Of a stretch of 9,176 nucleotides of DNA, positions 1-7,488 are shown piece by piece (the stretch's first letter is position 1; each line of letters starts with the position of its first letter). The position numbers were made by a program, and so were the translations under genes. The stretch covers positions 1-9,176 of the forward strand of contig JASBSB010000002.1 in NCBI GenBank assembly GCA_030149205.1, read 5' to 3'. This DNA is from Candidatus Heimdallarchaeota archaeon. GTDB taxonomy: Archaea; Asgardarchaeota; Heimdallarchaeia; Heimdallarchaeales; Kariarchaeaceae. Below the pieces are notes generated by a model. It ran no database searches, was not told the origin of the DNA, and worked only from the letters and a program-made list of their open reading frames with translations.

Positions 1-140
1 GCACTAGTCAGCTCTGACCCCCTCCTATATATCTAGTTCGATTCTAGCCGAATCTCAAGCGAGGATCTCTCTCTTCTGAAAATCTTTCATCCATTGAGCC
101 TGAGGGCTCAATGCTTGTTCCAGGAGTTTTGGGACAAGCT
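1..140. mobile_element. Probable end of an insertion sequence (IS) interrupting the downstream gene
   Basis: Hand-counted GC is 66/140 (47%) for 1-140 against 14/60 (23%) for 141-200, with a sharp switch at 140/141. Read inward on the minus strand the end is AGCTTGTCCCAAAACTCC, which loosely resembles IS5/IS1182-type terminal inverted repeats. It abuts TTAA and fuses onto the middle of a protein-coding frame. No transposase is visible in the window. Confidence 0.45.
92..139. repeat. Two back-to-back hairpins
   Basis: CATTGAGCC-tgag-GGCTCAATG (92-113) is a perfect 9-bp stem. GCTTGTTCCA-ggagttt-TGGGACAAGC (113-139) is a 10-bp stem with one G:T pair. The second hairpin ends at the GC/AT junction. 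Confidence 0.8.
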
Positions 141-141
141 T

Positions 142-666
142 AAAAATATACTTGATGAAAATAATTACACCATTGAGTTTGCTTTACTAAATAATGACGA
201 AGGTGACACAATCCCCTATATGTTTGATTTGGTTGATGATAACTCCATTGACCAGTACTCAATTGACGAACTTAATAGTGGGATTTTATCAAGGGGTAAA
301 ATTACAGGAAAAATATTAAATTTACCCTTAGAAAGTGATTTAATAAACATAATTGAGTTTCATTTTCATGATAGTACAGATAATATAAATCGATCTCATG
401 AACCAATTATTTTCTTGTGTGAACTTCCAAACATAAAATTATTAAAAATACTTTCAAATTACGATAATAAAAATATTGGATTTATATTTAAACAAGGTTC
501 TATCCTCTCACATTTTTCCATTCTATTAAGAGAGAAAAATATTCCAGCAATTATTTGTGAAAACCAACTAAATATAAAAAATGAAACTATAGTGACTATT
601 GATGCGTTAAGTAATAATACAAAACAAGAGGATAGAATTAAATATGAAAACCTATCCATTAATTAG
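142..666 (+). pseudogene. 5'-truncated PEP-utilizing enzyme (dikinase-like) with C-terminal phospho-His swivel (mobile) domain
   Basis: GSILSHFSILLREKNIPAII matches the PEP-utilizer mobile-domain signature (G.LSH.AI..RE..IPAV); the His codon is at 511-513. SGILSRGKITGKI and IVTIDA match the start and end of that domain. IEFALL...PYMFD resembles the end of the PPDK/PEP-synthase ATP-grasp domain. The ORF-track start at 94 (TTG) lies in the foreign GC-rich segment, so the true N-terminus is missing. Confidence 0.7.
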
Positions 667-722
667 GCAATTTCCAAATTTTTACTAGATATCTTCATAA
701 ATTTTAACTCTACATTTAAGAT

Positions 723-1583
723 ATGGGAAAGGATGAGGCTAATCTTTCGGATAAACTTAAAAGTTTGAGTTATCATATAACAAAAGCATGTAATTTTCGT
801 TGTAGGTTTTGTTATGCTCATTTTTATAAGGTTCCAACAAGATTAAATAAGGAAAAAATGCTCCAAATAATACAATTATTAATGGAAAGTGGGACGGAAA
901 AGATCACATTCGCTGGTGGTGAGCCTACATTAGTACCATTTTTACCAGAATTAGTCAACTTTGCATCTGATATTGGTATGACAACTGTGATTATAACAAA
1001 TGGGAGTAAAATAAATCAACAATATTTAGATTTAATGAAAAATAAATTAGATTGGGTTGGGTTAAGTATTGATTCAGGGAAAGAAGATATTAATTTAAAA
1101 TTAGGTAGAGGTGATGGAGAACATGTAAAGAAAACAATACAAACCTCAAAATTACTTAGAGAAAATGGAATAATCGTAAAAATTAATACAGTAGTTACTT
1201 CTCTTACTTGGAATGAAGATATGAATTGGCTTATTGAGGAAACAAGACCTAAAAGATGGAAAGTTTTTCAAATGTTACCTATTAAGGGTGAAAATGATAA
1301 TGCCAACGATTTAAAAATTAATGACCAACAATTTAAGCATTTCAAACATCTAAACTCAAAAAGTAAACCTGTTATAGAATCTAACAATGATATGAAAGGA
1401 GGATATGTAATGATTGACCCTGAAGGACGTTTCTTTAATAATGATACCGGTGAACTAACACATGGGCCACCTATACTTAAAGTTGGTGTTGAAGAAGCCT
1501 TCAAATTTTCTAGGTTTTCATATGATAAGTTTTTAGGGAGAGGTGGAAATTATAAATGGAAATTTAAAGTTTTAAATAAATAA
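723..1583 (+). CDS. pVip: Viperin-family radical SAM enzyme (prokaryotic viperin; predicted ddhNTP synthase, antiviral)
   Basis: The CX3CX2C motif (CNFRCRFC, 789-812) is preceded by YH. Also present are FAGGEP, ITNGS, DWVGLSIDS, GRG, KINTVV, RWKVFQ, ESNNDMKGGYVMIDPEGRF and a C-terminal FLGRGGNYKW. These parallel vertebrate viperin motifs (NYHF, KINSV, RWKVFQ, ESN..M..SY..LD...RF, FLKRGGKYIW). Confidence 0.93.
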   Translation: MGKDEANLSDKLKSLSYHITKACNFRCRFCYAHFYKVPTRLNKEKMLQIIQLLMESGTEKITFAGGEPTLVPFLPELVNFASDIGMTTVIITNGSKINQQYLDLMKNKLDWVGLSIDSGKEDINLKLGRGDGEHVKKTIQTSKLLRENGIIVKINTVVTSLTWNEDMNWLIEETRPKRWKVFQMLPIKGENDNANDLKINDQQFKHFKHLNSKSKPVIESNNDMKGGYVMIDPEGRFFNNDTGELTHGPPILKVGVEEAFKFSRFSYDKFLGRGGNYKWKFKVLNK

Positions 1584-1662
1584 TTAAAATATAACTACCA
1601 AATTAACCTACATGGAGTCCCTGATAATCCATAAAAAAATAATTTATTGTATAAAAATAAAG

Positions 1663-1692
1663 TCGAAACTGCGATATTAGGATTAGTTTCGA
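1663..1692. repeat. 8-bp inverted repeat with 14-bp spacer in the viperin/SDR intergenic region
   Basis: TCGAAACT (1663-1670) and AGTTTCGA (1685-1692). Confidence 0.5.
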
Positions 1693-1921
1693 ACTAAATA
1701 ATTTAATTCTATACTATTTTCGGGCAATGCTGGCAAATAATTATACAAAGATAAACTAATTTTTTTCAACAAGACAATAATTAAGTTGTAGGGAGACTCT
1801 TTCCCAATATTTATTTTCATTTTACTTGATTAACTTCCTTAGATCGAATAATTTGAAGTAAACTTTCATTCATTTCTAGGGGTTACATTAAATTCATTAA
1901 CAACCACCCCTAAATCACTCT

Positions 1922-3067
1922 GTGAAGACTGTATTAGTTGTGGGAGGATCGAGATTCATCGGTAAACACCTTGTTGACAGACTTTCTCAGCAGGGACACA
2001 AACTGACTGTTCTCAACAGAGGCAGTGTCCCCAAGGAAGAATTCCTTCCAGAAGGTGCTGAACACCTTGTGGTTGATCGAAATAACCGAGCTGAGATGAA
2101 ATCTGCATTAGCTGAAAGGAAATTTGATGTGGTGTATGATGTCTGCTGTATCACAAGAGAACATGCTGAGATCATTGTAGACGTCCTGAAAGGCAATGTC
2201 GGTAGGCATGTGCATGTGTCCACAGGTTCTGTGTATGATCAATCAGTAATACCTGATGAGGTACCTATAACTGAAGATTTTCCAATTGGGCCAATAAAGG
2301 AAGGAGAGCATCCATACATGATTAACAAGCGGGGAGCAGAAGAGGTACTGCTTACTGCTTATCAGGAACACGGATATCCTGTGATAATGGTTCGACCTAC
2401 CTTTGTCTATGGTCCTGACAATTATGTCTACCGTGAGGCTTATTTCTTTGACAGAATAAGCAGGAACCGACCAATTTTCCTTCCTGAAAACGGAGATGGA
2501 ACTCAAGATTTGGTATATGTCGATGATCTAGTAGACCTTATGATTGAATTAGGTGAGGGTAAGGCAGAAAAGGTGCTAGGAGAGGCATTTAACGGCAGTA
2601 GGGGTACGCTCATCTCAGGAAATATGCTTGTCAACCTCATCTCAAGCATCCTAGAAAAGAAAGCAGACATCAGATATATTGACATGAATACATTAAAGGA
2701 GTTGGAATGGCCACAGGACTACATGCTGTACCCATACATGCCCAGAGGAGTCTTAGGTTTCTCAAGTGAAAAATCAGCAAAATTACTGGGATTCTCACAT
2801 AAGCACACATACAGAGCTGGATTGGAAGAGACTTACAAATGGTACGTTGAACAACAGAAGCCAGAACCAGATTGGAATGTTGAAGACATACTTCTCTCGT
2901 ATTTGAATGATAAAGCAAACGGTTCAGAGAATCTTGAGGGGACGAAGATCAAACTCAAAGAAGCTATTGAGAGGACTAAAGAAAATGTAGTTGCTAAAAC
3001 TAAAGAAACAAGGGATAGGGAGGAGAAAAATCGTAAGATTGCTCTTGAAAGTTCGAAACTACCCTAG
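1922..3067 (+). CDS. NAD-dependent epimerase/dehydratase family protein (extended/atypical SDR)
   Basis: It has an N-terminal Rossmann motif (VLVVGGSRFIG), TVLNRG, HVSTGSVY (catalytic Ser/Thr region), YMINK (YxxxK), RPTFVYGP, DLVYVDDL and GEAFN. The start is GTG and there is a charged C-terminal tail of about 60 aa. Confidence 0.88.
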   Translation: MKTVLVVGGSRFIGKHLVDRLSQQGHKLTVLNRGSVPKEEFLPEGAEHLVVDRNNRAEMKSALAERKFDVVYDVCCITREHAEIIVDVLKGNVGRHVHVSTGSVYDQSVIPDEVPITEDFPIGPIKEGEHPYMINKRGAEEVLLTAYQEHGYPVIMVRPTFVYGPDNYVYREAYFFDRISRNRPIFLPENGDGTQDLVYVDDLVDLMIELGEGKAEKVLGEAFNGSRGTLISGNMLVNLISSILEKKADIRYIDMNTLKELEWPQDYMLYPYMPRGVLGFSSEKSAKLLGFSHKHTYRAGLEETYKWYVEQQKPEPDWNVEDILLSYLNDKANGSENLEGTKIKLKEAIERTKENVVAKTKETRDREEKNRKIALESSKLP

Positions 3068-3168
3068 ACAGATTACAAGAAGGTTAGAAGTTTAATTTGT
3101 AATTTATATTTATCAGTGGTCGATCAATTTGTCATCAATATTGAAATGGTGGGAGTAGGGATTAATAA

Positions 3169-3807
3169 TTATTTGTGCCTCTTTCCAACCTCTATCCTGA
3201 TAAATTCTGGTAAGTAATTCGGGGTACAGTTTCTTGGAACAACCTCATCAACATAAAGACCTAACTGTTTACCAAAGTCAATGCAACGATCACGATAGTC
3301 TTCCTCAAATATTCCAATCTGGGCTGCTGTAAAGTTCATTGCCCACTGAACCTCTGGAGATTCATCCGCGATTTTCTCCTCGATCTCAGACAAAAGCTCA
3401 TCTTCATTCTTCAATGGGTTCTTACCAGTCCAGCGTAATCGAGCCTGATAGTACCAAAATAGTCTTCTAAGGACAGGGGAGGGATCATCCTGCCAGGTAA
3501 GCATCATGCTAGTGTTCTTCTTTGTCTTCATTAGTTTATTAGCCAACAACCAGTCTGTCAGTTTGTTCCGGTCATCGATGTCATGGATTTGTATATCCTT
3601 TGCAAATTTGTCAACGAATTCCTGAGAAAGGTTTTTCTCCATTATCAAGATTGCTAAAAGACGAGGTGACACCTGTTCTGATTCCCAGAGCTCCATGGCA
3701 AGCGACTGATCTGTTTTTATTTCCTTTGCAATCTTTCGGATCTCACCAAGTGGGGAGTTTTCCTTGAGTTTTCCAATTATTTCTTCTGCTTTTGTACCTC
3801 TAGCCAT
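3169..3807 (-). CDS. DNA alkylation repair protein (AlkD-like HEAT-repeat family)
   Basis: LGEIRKIAKEIKTDQSLAMELW...RLLAILI matches the AlkD-like N-terminus. RRLFWYYQARLRW and VQWAMNF...QIGI...R.RCI..G..LGLY.D..VP.NCT..YLPEFI are typical of this all-helical family. Confidence 0.8.
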   Translation of the reverse strand: MARGTKAEEIIGKLKENSPLGEIRKIAKEIKTDQSLAMELWESEQVSPRLLAILIMEKNLSQEFVDKFAKDIQIHDIDDRNKLTDWLLANKLMKTKKNTSMMLTWQDDPSPVLRRLFWYYQARLRWTGKNPLKNEDELLSEIEEKIADESPEVQWAMNFTAAQIGIFEEDYRDRCIDFGKQLGLYVDEVVPRNCTPNYLPEFIRIEVGKRHK

Positions 3808-3831
3808 ATATCATTTTATGGGCATACAGCT

Positions 3832-3837
3832 CTTAAG
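3832..3837 (-). promoter_or_regulatory. Possible TATA-like element for the AlkD-like gene (leaderless geometry)
   Basis: CTTAAG lies 25-30 nt upstream of the ATG at 3807, and no SD is seen. Confidence 0.3.
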
Positions 3838-3972
3838 TGTATAGAATGATGGGAAGTTGTTTTATATTTTTGCTATATTTAGATTCATCAATTTCTCAAT
3901 TATGTGTTCAAAATTTTTTATCAATCAGGAATATTTGGTTTAGTATGTAGCAACTCATATTCTAATATAACA

Positions 3973-3990
3973 CGCGAAACCTTTTTATTT
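3973..3990 (+). promoter_or_regulatory. Archaeal-type BRE plus TATA promoter for herA-nurA
   Basis: CGCGAAA-cc-TTTTTATTT, with BRE-like CGAAA at 3975-3979 and TATA at 3982-3989, lies about 30-40 nt upstream of ATG 4019/4022. Confidence 0.6.
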
Positions 3991-4010
3991 GAGATATGAG
4001 AGGAAAAATT

Positions 4011-4015
4011 GGAGG
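4011..4015 (+). promoter_or_regulatory. Shine-Dalgarno (GGAGG) for herA
   Basis: GGAGG lies 6 nt before ATG 4022, which favours 4022 (or 4019) over the TTG at 3989. Confidence 0.6.
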
Positions 4016-4021
4016 AGAATG

Positions 4022-5962
4022 ATGCAGGAGTTTTTTAAATCTGCAACCTATCAAAATCACCCAATTAGGGTGCTTATTGATTTTTTAGCCAATGAGAACA
4101 GTCTTGAACAGGCAAAGCAGTACAATTTACAGAGATTTGTCGGCTACGCACTCAGCATTGGTTACGACAGCGTCACTATGATCACGTCTGACCCTTACAA
4201 GGTAAATGTGGGGGGAGTACCAAGGAACTCCTTCCTGATTATGGTACCAGATGACTTTGATGGAATACCACCACACTTTACACTTTTGCGGGTATTAGAG
4301 ACCACTGAGACTCCGCTTTCTCGTGAGGTGCAACAGACCTATTTCGAGTTACAGAAGAGATCTATGCCTGAGCTTGATATCTTTACCCAGTCTGAGCTTC
4401 AGTGGAGTGCATTGAAGGTGGAGGTTTTGGGTATGTTTTATCCAGGACAACAGACAAATGAGCTTGAGTTCTCATCTGATCTCAACAACTATCTATCAGC
4501 CCATAAGTATAGAATTTACTCACCAACCGAGGAGATTCTGGATCTGATCATTAACTCACAGGTTCAGAAGAGTGACCAGTTTCAGATTGGTAAGCTCAGG
4601 TTGACAGAGAACAACCTAAGAAAGAGGGATCAGAAGGAGATAGATGTCCCAGCCTATGTTGCCCCATCTGATTTCATGGGAACCCGTACTGCCCTGTTTG
4701 GAAAAACAAGACTTGGTAAGAGCAACACCATCAAGGTGATTATACAGAGCCTCATTGAGACAACAAAAAACAATAGAAATGTTGGACAGCTGATATTTGA
4801 TGTCAATGGAGAGTATGCAAATGATAACCCACAAAACAGGTCTCTCCCCTCGATTTTTCCTGATGTCTGTGAGGTTTACGCATTGACAAAGAAAAAGAAC
4901 ACTGAGTCAAAATTTCTGAAGTTGAATTTTTATGAGGTACCAGACAAATCACATGAGATTGTGAGTGAGCTGTTGAACAACGACAGAAAAACATCCTCTA
5001 GCTACGTGAAGAGCTTTATCACTGCAAACATTCCCAGCATTGAAGAATACAGAGAGCTGCAGAGGGGGGACAAGGTCAGGGCAAAGAGAAAGATTCTGTT
5101 CTACTGGGCGATTCTCAAAAAGTCAGGGTTTGATATTGATGAGATTGAACTGATTAAGAACACAGAGATAGAGTTTGACCCAAAATTCAACAAAGCAGTG
5201 AAGGAGGAACTCTATGGAGATGAGGAAGCACCGACAATTCACACACTGAGTGATCTTGTCTCATTCCTTGATAAACTTGCGGCATATATCAGAACCAACG
5301 GTCAGGAGAACCTAAAGAGCACAGGAAGCAAATCATTTCTTCTGGACAGCGATGATACTGCCTTGTTGGAGTTTCTGAATCCTAGGTCAGGAATCGGAAC
5401 GAGGTACCTACAGCCATATAAAGCATATCACGCAAAAAACGCAGGAGACTTTGTTAAAGAGGTAATTGAGAGTTTAAACAAAGGAAACACCGTGATAATT
5501 GATCTGGGTAATGCCCACCCCCTTCTCATGCAGTACTACTCAGAGTATCTCTCTCGTTCAATTTTTTCACATCAGGTGACGCTCTTCTCAGAGGATCAGC
5601 TTGGCGACAAATACATCCAACTGTATTTCGAGGAAGCACACAACCTCTTTCCAAATACAGAGACGAGCACAGTGGACATCTTTCGAAGAATCGCAAAAGA
5701 AGGGGCAAAGTACAACCTTGGAATGGTTTACTCAACACAGAGTGTCAGCACCATTCATCCAGACCTTCTAGCTCAGACAGAGAACTTCTTTGTAGCTCAC
5801 ATGTCATCTGAGCAGGAGACCAACGCACTTGGAAGGCTAAACGTGGAGTTTGTATCATCCAAAAATGACATTCTCAGACTTAAACGAAAGGGATTCATCA
5901 GAATGCTCACTAGGTCTCACAGGTTTGTTATACCGGTTCAAATAAGGAAATTCGGGGAGTAA
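4022..5962 (+). CDS. herA: HerA/FtsK-family ATPase (DUF87 helicase HerA-like, N-terminal HAS-barrel-like region)
   Basis: Walker A is GKTRLGKS (4700-4723). It also has LIFDVNGEY, VIIDL, Walker B LYFEEAH, RIAKEGAKY and YSTQS...LLAQTENFFVAH. The ORF track starts at 3989; the start is refined here by the SD. Confidence 0.9.
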   Translation: MQEFFKSATYQNHPIRVLIDFLANENSLEQAKQYNLQRFVGYALSIGYDSVTMITSDPYKVNVGGVPRNSFLIMVPDDFDGIPPHFTLLRVLETTETPLSREVQQTYFELQKRSMPELDIFTQSELQWSALKVEVLGMFYPGQQTNELEFSSDLNNYLSAHKYRIYSPTEEILDLIINSQVQKSDQFQIGKLRLTENNLRKRDQKEIDVPAYVAPSDFMGTRTALFGKTRLGKSNTIKVIIQSLIETTKNNRNVGQLIFDVNGEYANDNPQNRSLPSIFPDVCEVYALTKKKNTESKFLKLNFYEVPDKSHEIVSELLNNDRKTSSSYVKSFITANIPSIEEYRELQRGDKVRAKRKILFYWAILKKSGFDIDEIELIKNTEIEFDPKFNKAVKEELYGDEEAPTIHTLSDLVSFLDKLAAYIRTNGQENLKSTGSKSFLLDSDDTALLEFLNPRSGIGTRYLQPYKAYHAKNAGDFVKEVIESLNKGNTVIIDLGNAHPLLMQYYSEYLSRSIFSHQVTLFSEDQLGDKYIQLYFEEAHNLFPNTETSTVDIFRRIAKEGAKYNLGMVYSTQSVSTIHPDLLAQTENFFVAHMSSEQETNALGRLNVEFVSSKNDILRLKRKGFIRMLTRSHRFVIPVQIRKFGE

Positions 5963-5965
5963 GAG

Positions 5966-7291
5966 ATGCCATATCATAGCACTGGAAGGTTACCCGGAGA
6001 ACGAGCAAGCAAGCTTGGACACCTGGAGGTCATCAAGAGTGAACTGGTAAATGAGCTGATAGATTCCTTTGAATCTATCGAGGATCCACCCACAGCAGAA
6101 ATTGAAGGGGTGTCCTCTGAGAACTACACTTATTCCCCCATAAGCGATATTGTTGGTGATGCAAAGCCTCTCAATGTGGTCTTTGGAATAGATGGATCGA
6201 AACAGACAATCAAAGGCAGTCACAACAAGAGAAAGGAGATGTCATTCATCAAAACAGCCCTATTGAGAATTGATAAGTATGCACTGAACAAGATCAACAA
6301 AAGAAACCCTCATCCCAAACAGATAAAGGATGCACTGGAGAACTCAGCAGTGTATCATTCCACAGTCATCCCACTAAGAAATGTCAAACCTAGAACAATC
6401 GGGCTCTACAATGGGATCAGGCATATCATTTATGACTCAATCCGAGACAAGAGCCTTGACGATGAGATATACACCACCCTCAGATGGTTGATTTTTGAGA
6501 TGTGGGATGGAAAGGGAAAGGCAGAATCTGAAAAGTTCGACTGTCCATTCTGTAGAAAGGTCGAAGGAGTCTTAAGACAGGACAAGGAAAAAGGTGTATG
6601 TAAGAACTGCAACAAAGAGCTCTTGCTATCTGATTACCTTGCTTTTCATCTCGAGATGAGTGAAGATTTTGCCTCTGAGACTGTCGCATCATCATACATG
6701 CTCATCCATGAGACACTACTCCTATTCACTGCTGTCAGACACTTCTGGGAGAATGACAGGGATTACCTGAATGAGTGTCTGTTCGTTAAAGATGGGGGAC
6801 TCTATCTAAGAGCACACTACTCAAAGCTGGTTGCACCTATCAGAAGGTTCCTGCAATATGCAAAGGAAACCAATGTTCCCATCTTCATGATAGGACAGGA
6901 AAAAACTGGAATCTTCGTTGAATTTCTTGAATACTTTTCCAAAAAGATGGAAGATAACACCGTCTTTTTGCCAAAGGATGATTTCATCCAAGAGAAGATT
7001 CTCTCCAAACCAAATCTTAGTGGCCCTTATGGTAAGACTGGTAATTTCGGAGCAAAGCTGCTGGTTAAACTGAAGACTCATAATTTGGTTCTCAGTATTC
7101 CAACTGGAACTTTCACAAAAAATCCTGAACTAACTGATTTAATAGGGCTGGACAGAATACTTGCCACCATCCCAGAGCTGCTAAGCTTTAGGTATGAGAA
7201 TGGATTGCTCCCAATTGAGCTTGCTAATGGTATTGCCTCGCTCTCCACATATCCTTCTGCTAGAATCCTACAGCTGTTTTCAAATTTGTAA
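5966..7291 (+). CDS. nurA: NurA-family (RNase H-fold) nuclease with inserted Zn ribbon
   Basis: It has VFGIDGS and LFVKDGGL acidic NurA motifs, IGQEKTG, and a C-terminal LPIELAN..ASL. CPFC-x15-CKNC lies at 6542-6610. The gene starts 3 nt after the herA stop, indicating an operon. Confidence 0.82.
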   Translation: MPYHSTGRLPGERASKLGHLEVIKSELVNELIDSFESIEDPPTAEIEGVSSENYTYSPISDIVGDAKPLNVVFGIDGSKQTIKGSHNKRKEMSFIKTALLRIDKYALNKINKRNPHPKQIKDALENSAVYHSTVIPLRNVKPRTIGLYNGIRHIIYDSIRDKSLDDEIYTTLRWLIFEMWDGKGKAESEKFDCPFCRKVEGVLRQDKEKGVCKNCNKELLLSDYLAFHLEMSEDFASETVASSYMLIHETLLLFTAVRHFWENDRDYLNECLFVKDGGLYLRAHYSKLVAPIRRFLQYAKETNVPIFMIGQEKTGIFVEFLEYFSKKMEDNTVFLPKDDFIQEKILSKPNLSGPYGKTGNFGAKLLVKLKTHNLVLSIPTGTFTKNPELTDLIGLDRILATIPELLSFRYENGLLPIELANGIASLSTYPSARILQLFSNL

Positions 7292-7463
7292 TTTAGCTCC
7301 TTTTAAATTTACAGCATCCCATGAGATAAAAGGTGTCTATCACTAAAGTTCAAGTTACTTTTTTCTGGGTTAAATTTACCAAATAGCCAAGAAAATTGTC
7401 TTATTGCCGTTTAATTACAGTTTAATCATATCTTAGTTTTGATTTTTTTGTGCATTTTTACCG

Positions 7464-7476
7464 CCCCCCCCCCCCC
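7464..7476. repeat. Homopolymer C13 tract
   Basis: Thirteen consecutive C in an otherwise very AT-rich intergenic region, ending 4 nt upstream of TATTTAAA. Confidence 0.9.
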
Positions 7477-7480
7477 GAGA

Positions 7481-7488
7481 TATTTAAA
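7481..7488 (+). promoter_or_regulatory. TATA box for the secreted protease-toxin gene
   Basis: TATTTAAA lies 25-32 nt upstream of ATG 7513, which fits archaeal leaderless or short-leader geometry. Confidence 0.55.

Noticed and set aside
94-141. TTG start and N-terminal MSLRAQCLFQEFWDKL of the first ORF
   Set aside because: It lies in the GC-rich hairpin segment of different composition. It is most likely chance read-through from the inserted element, not the native N-terminus.
723-1583. Generic MoaA/NirJ-type radical SAM annotation
   Set aside because: There is no C-terminal SPASM/twitch Cys cluster, and viperin-specific motifs (YH before CX3CX2C, KINTV, RWKVFQ, RGG.Y.W) are present.
1922-3067. 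SDR as a functional partner modifying viperin's ddh-nucleotide product
   Set aside because: It is separated by 338 bp and has a clearly different GC content. Nothing beyond adjacency supports the link.
3989-4018. TTG start for herA given by the ORF track
   Set aside because: It overlaps the TATA element. The GGAGG SD at 4011-4015 points to ATG 4022 or 4019.
4022-7291. Calling herA-nurA a named system (Sir2-HerA/Nezha, DUF4297-HerA) or the canonical DSB-repair operon
   Set aside because: The partner is NurA-like, not Sir2 or DUF4297, and no mre11/rad50 is adjacent on either side.
7303-7379. 10-bp direct repeat TTAAATTTAC (7303-7312, 7370-7379)
   Set aside because: It is low-complexity AT-rich sequence with only two copies, compatible with chance. 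It is not a CRISPR array or a convincing att site.
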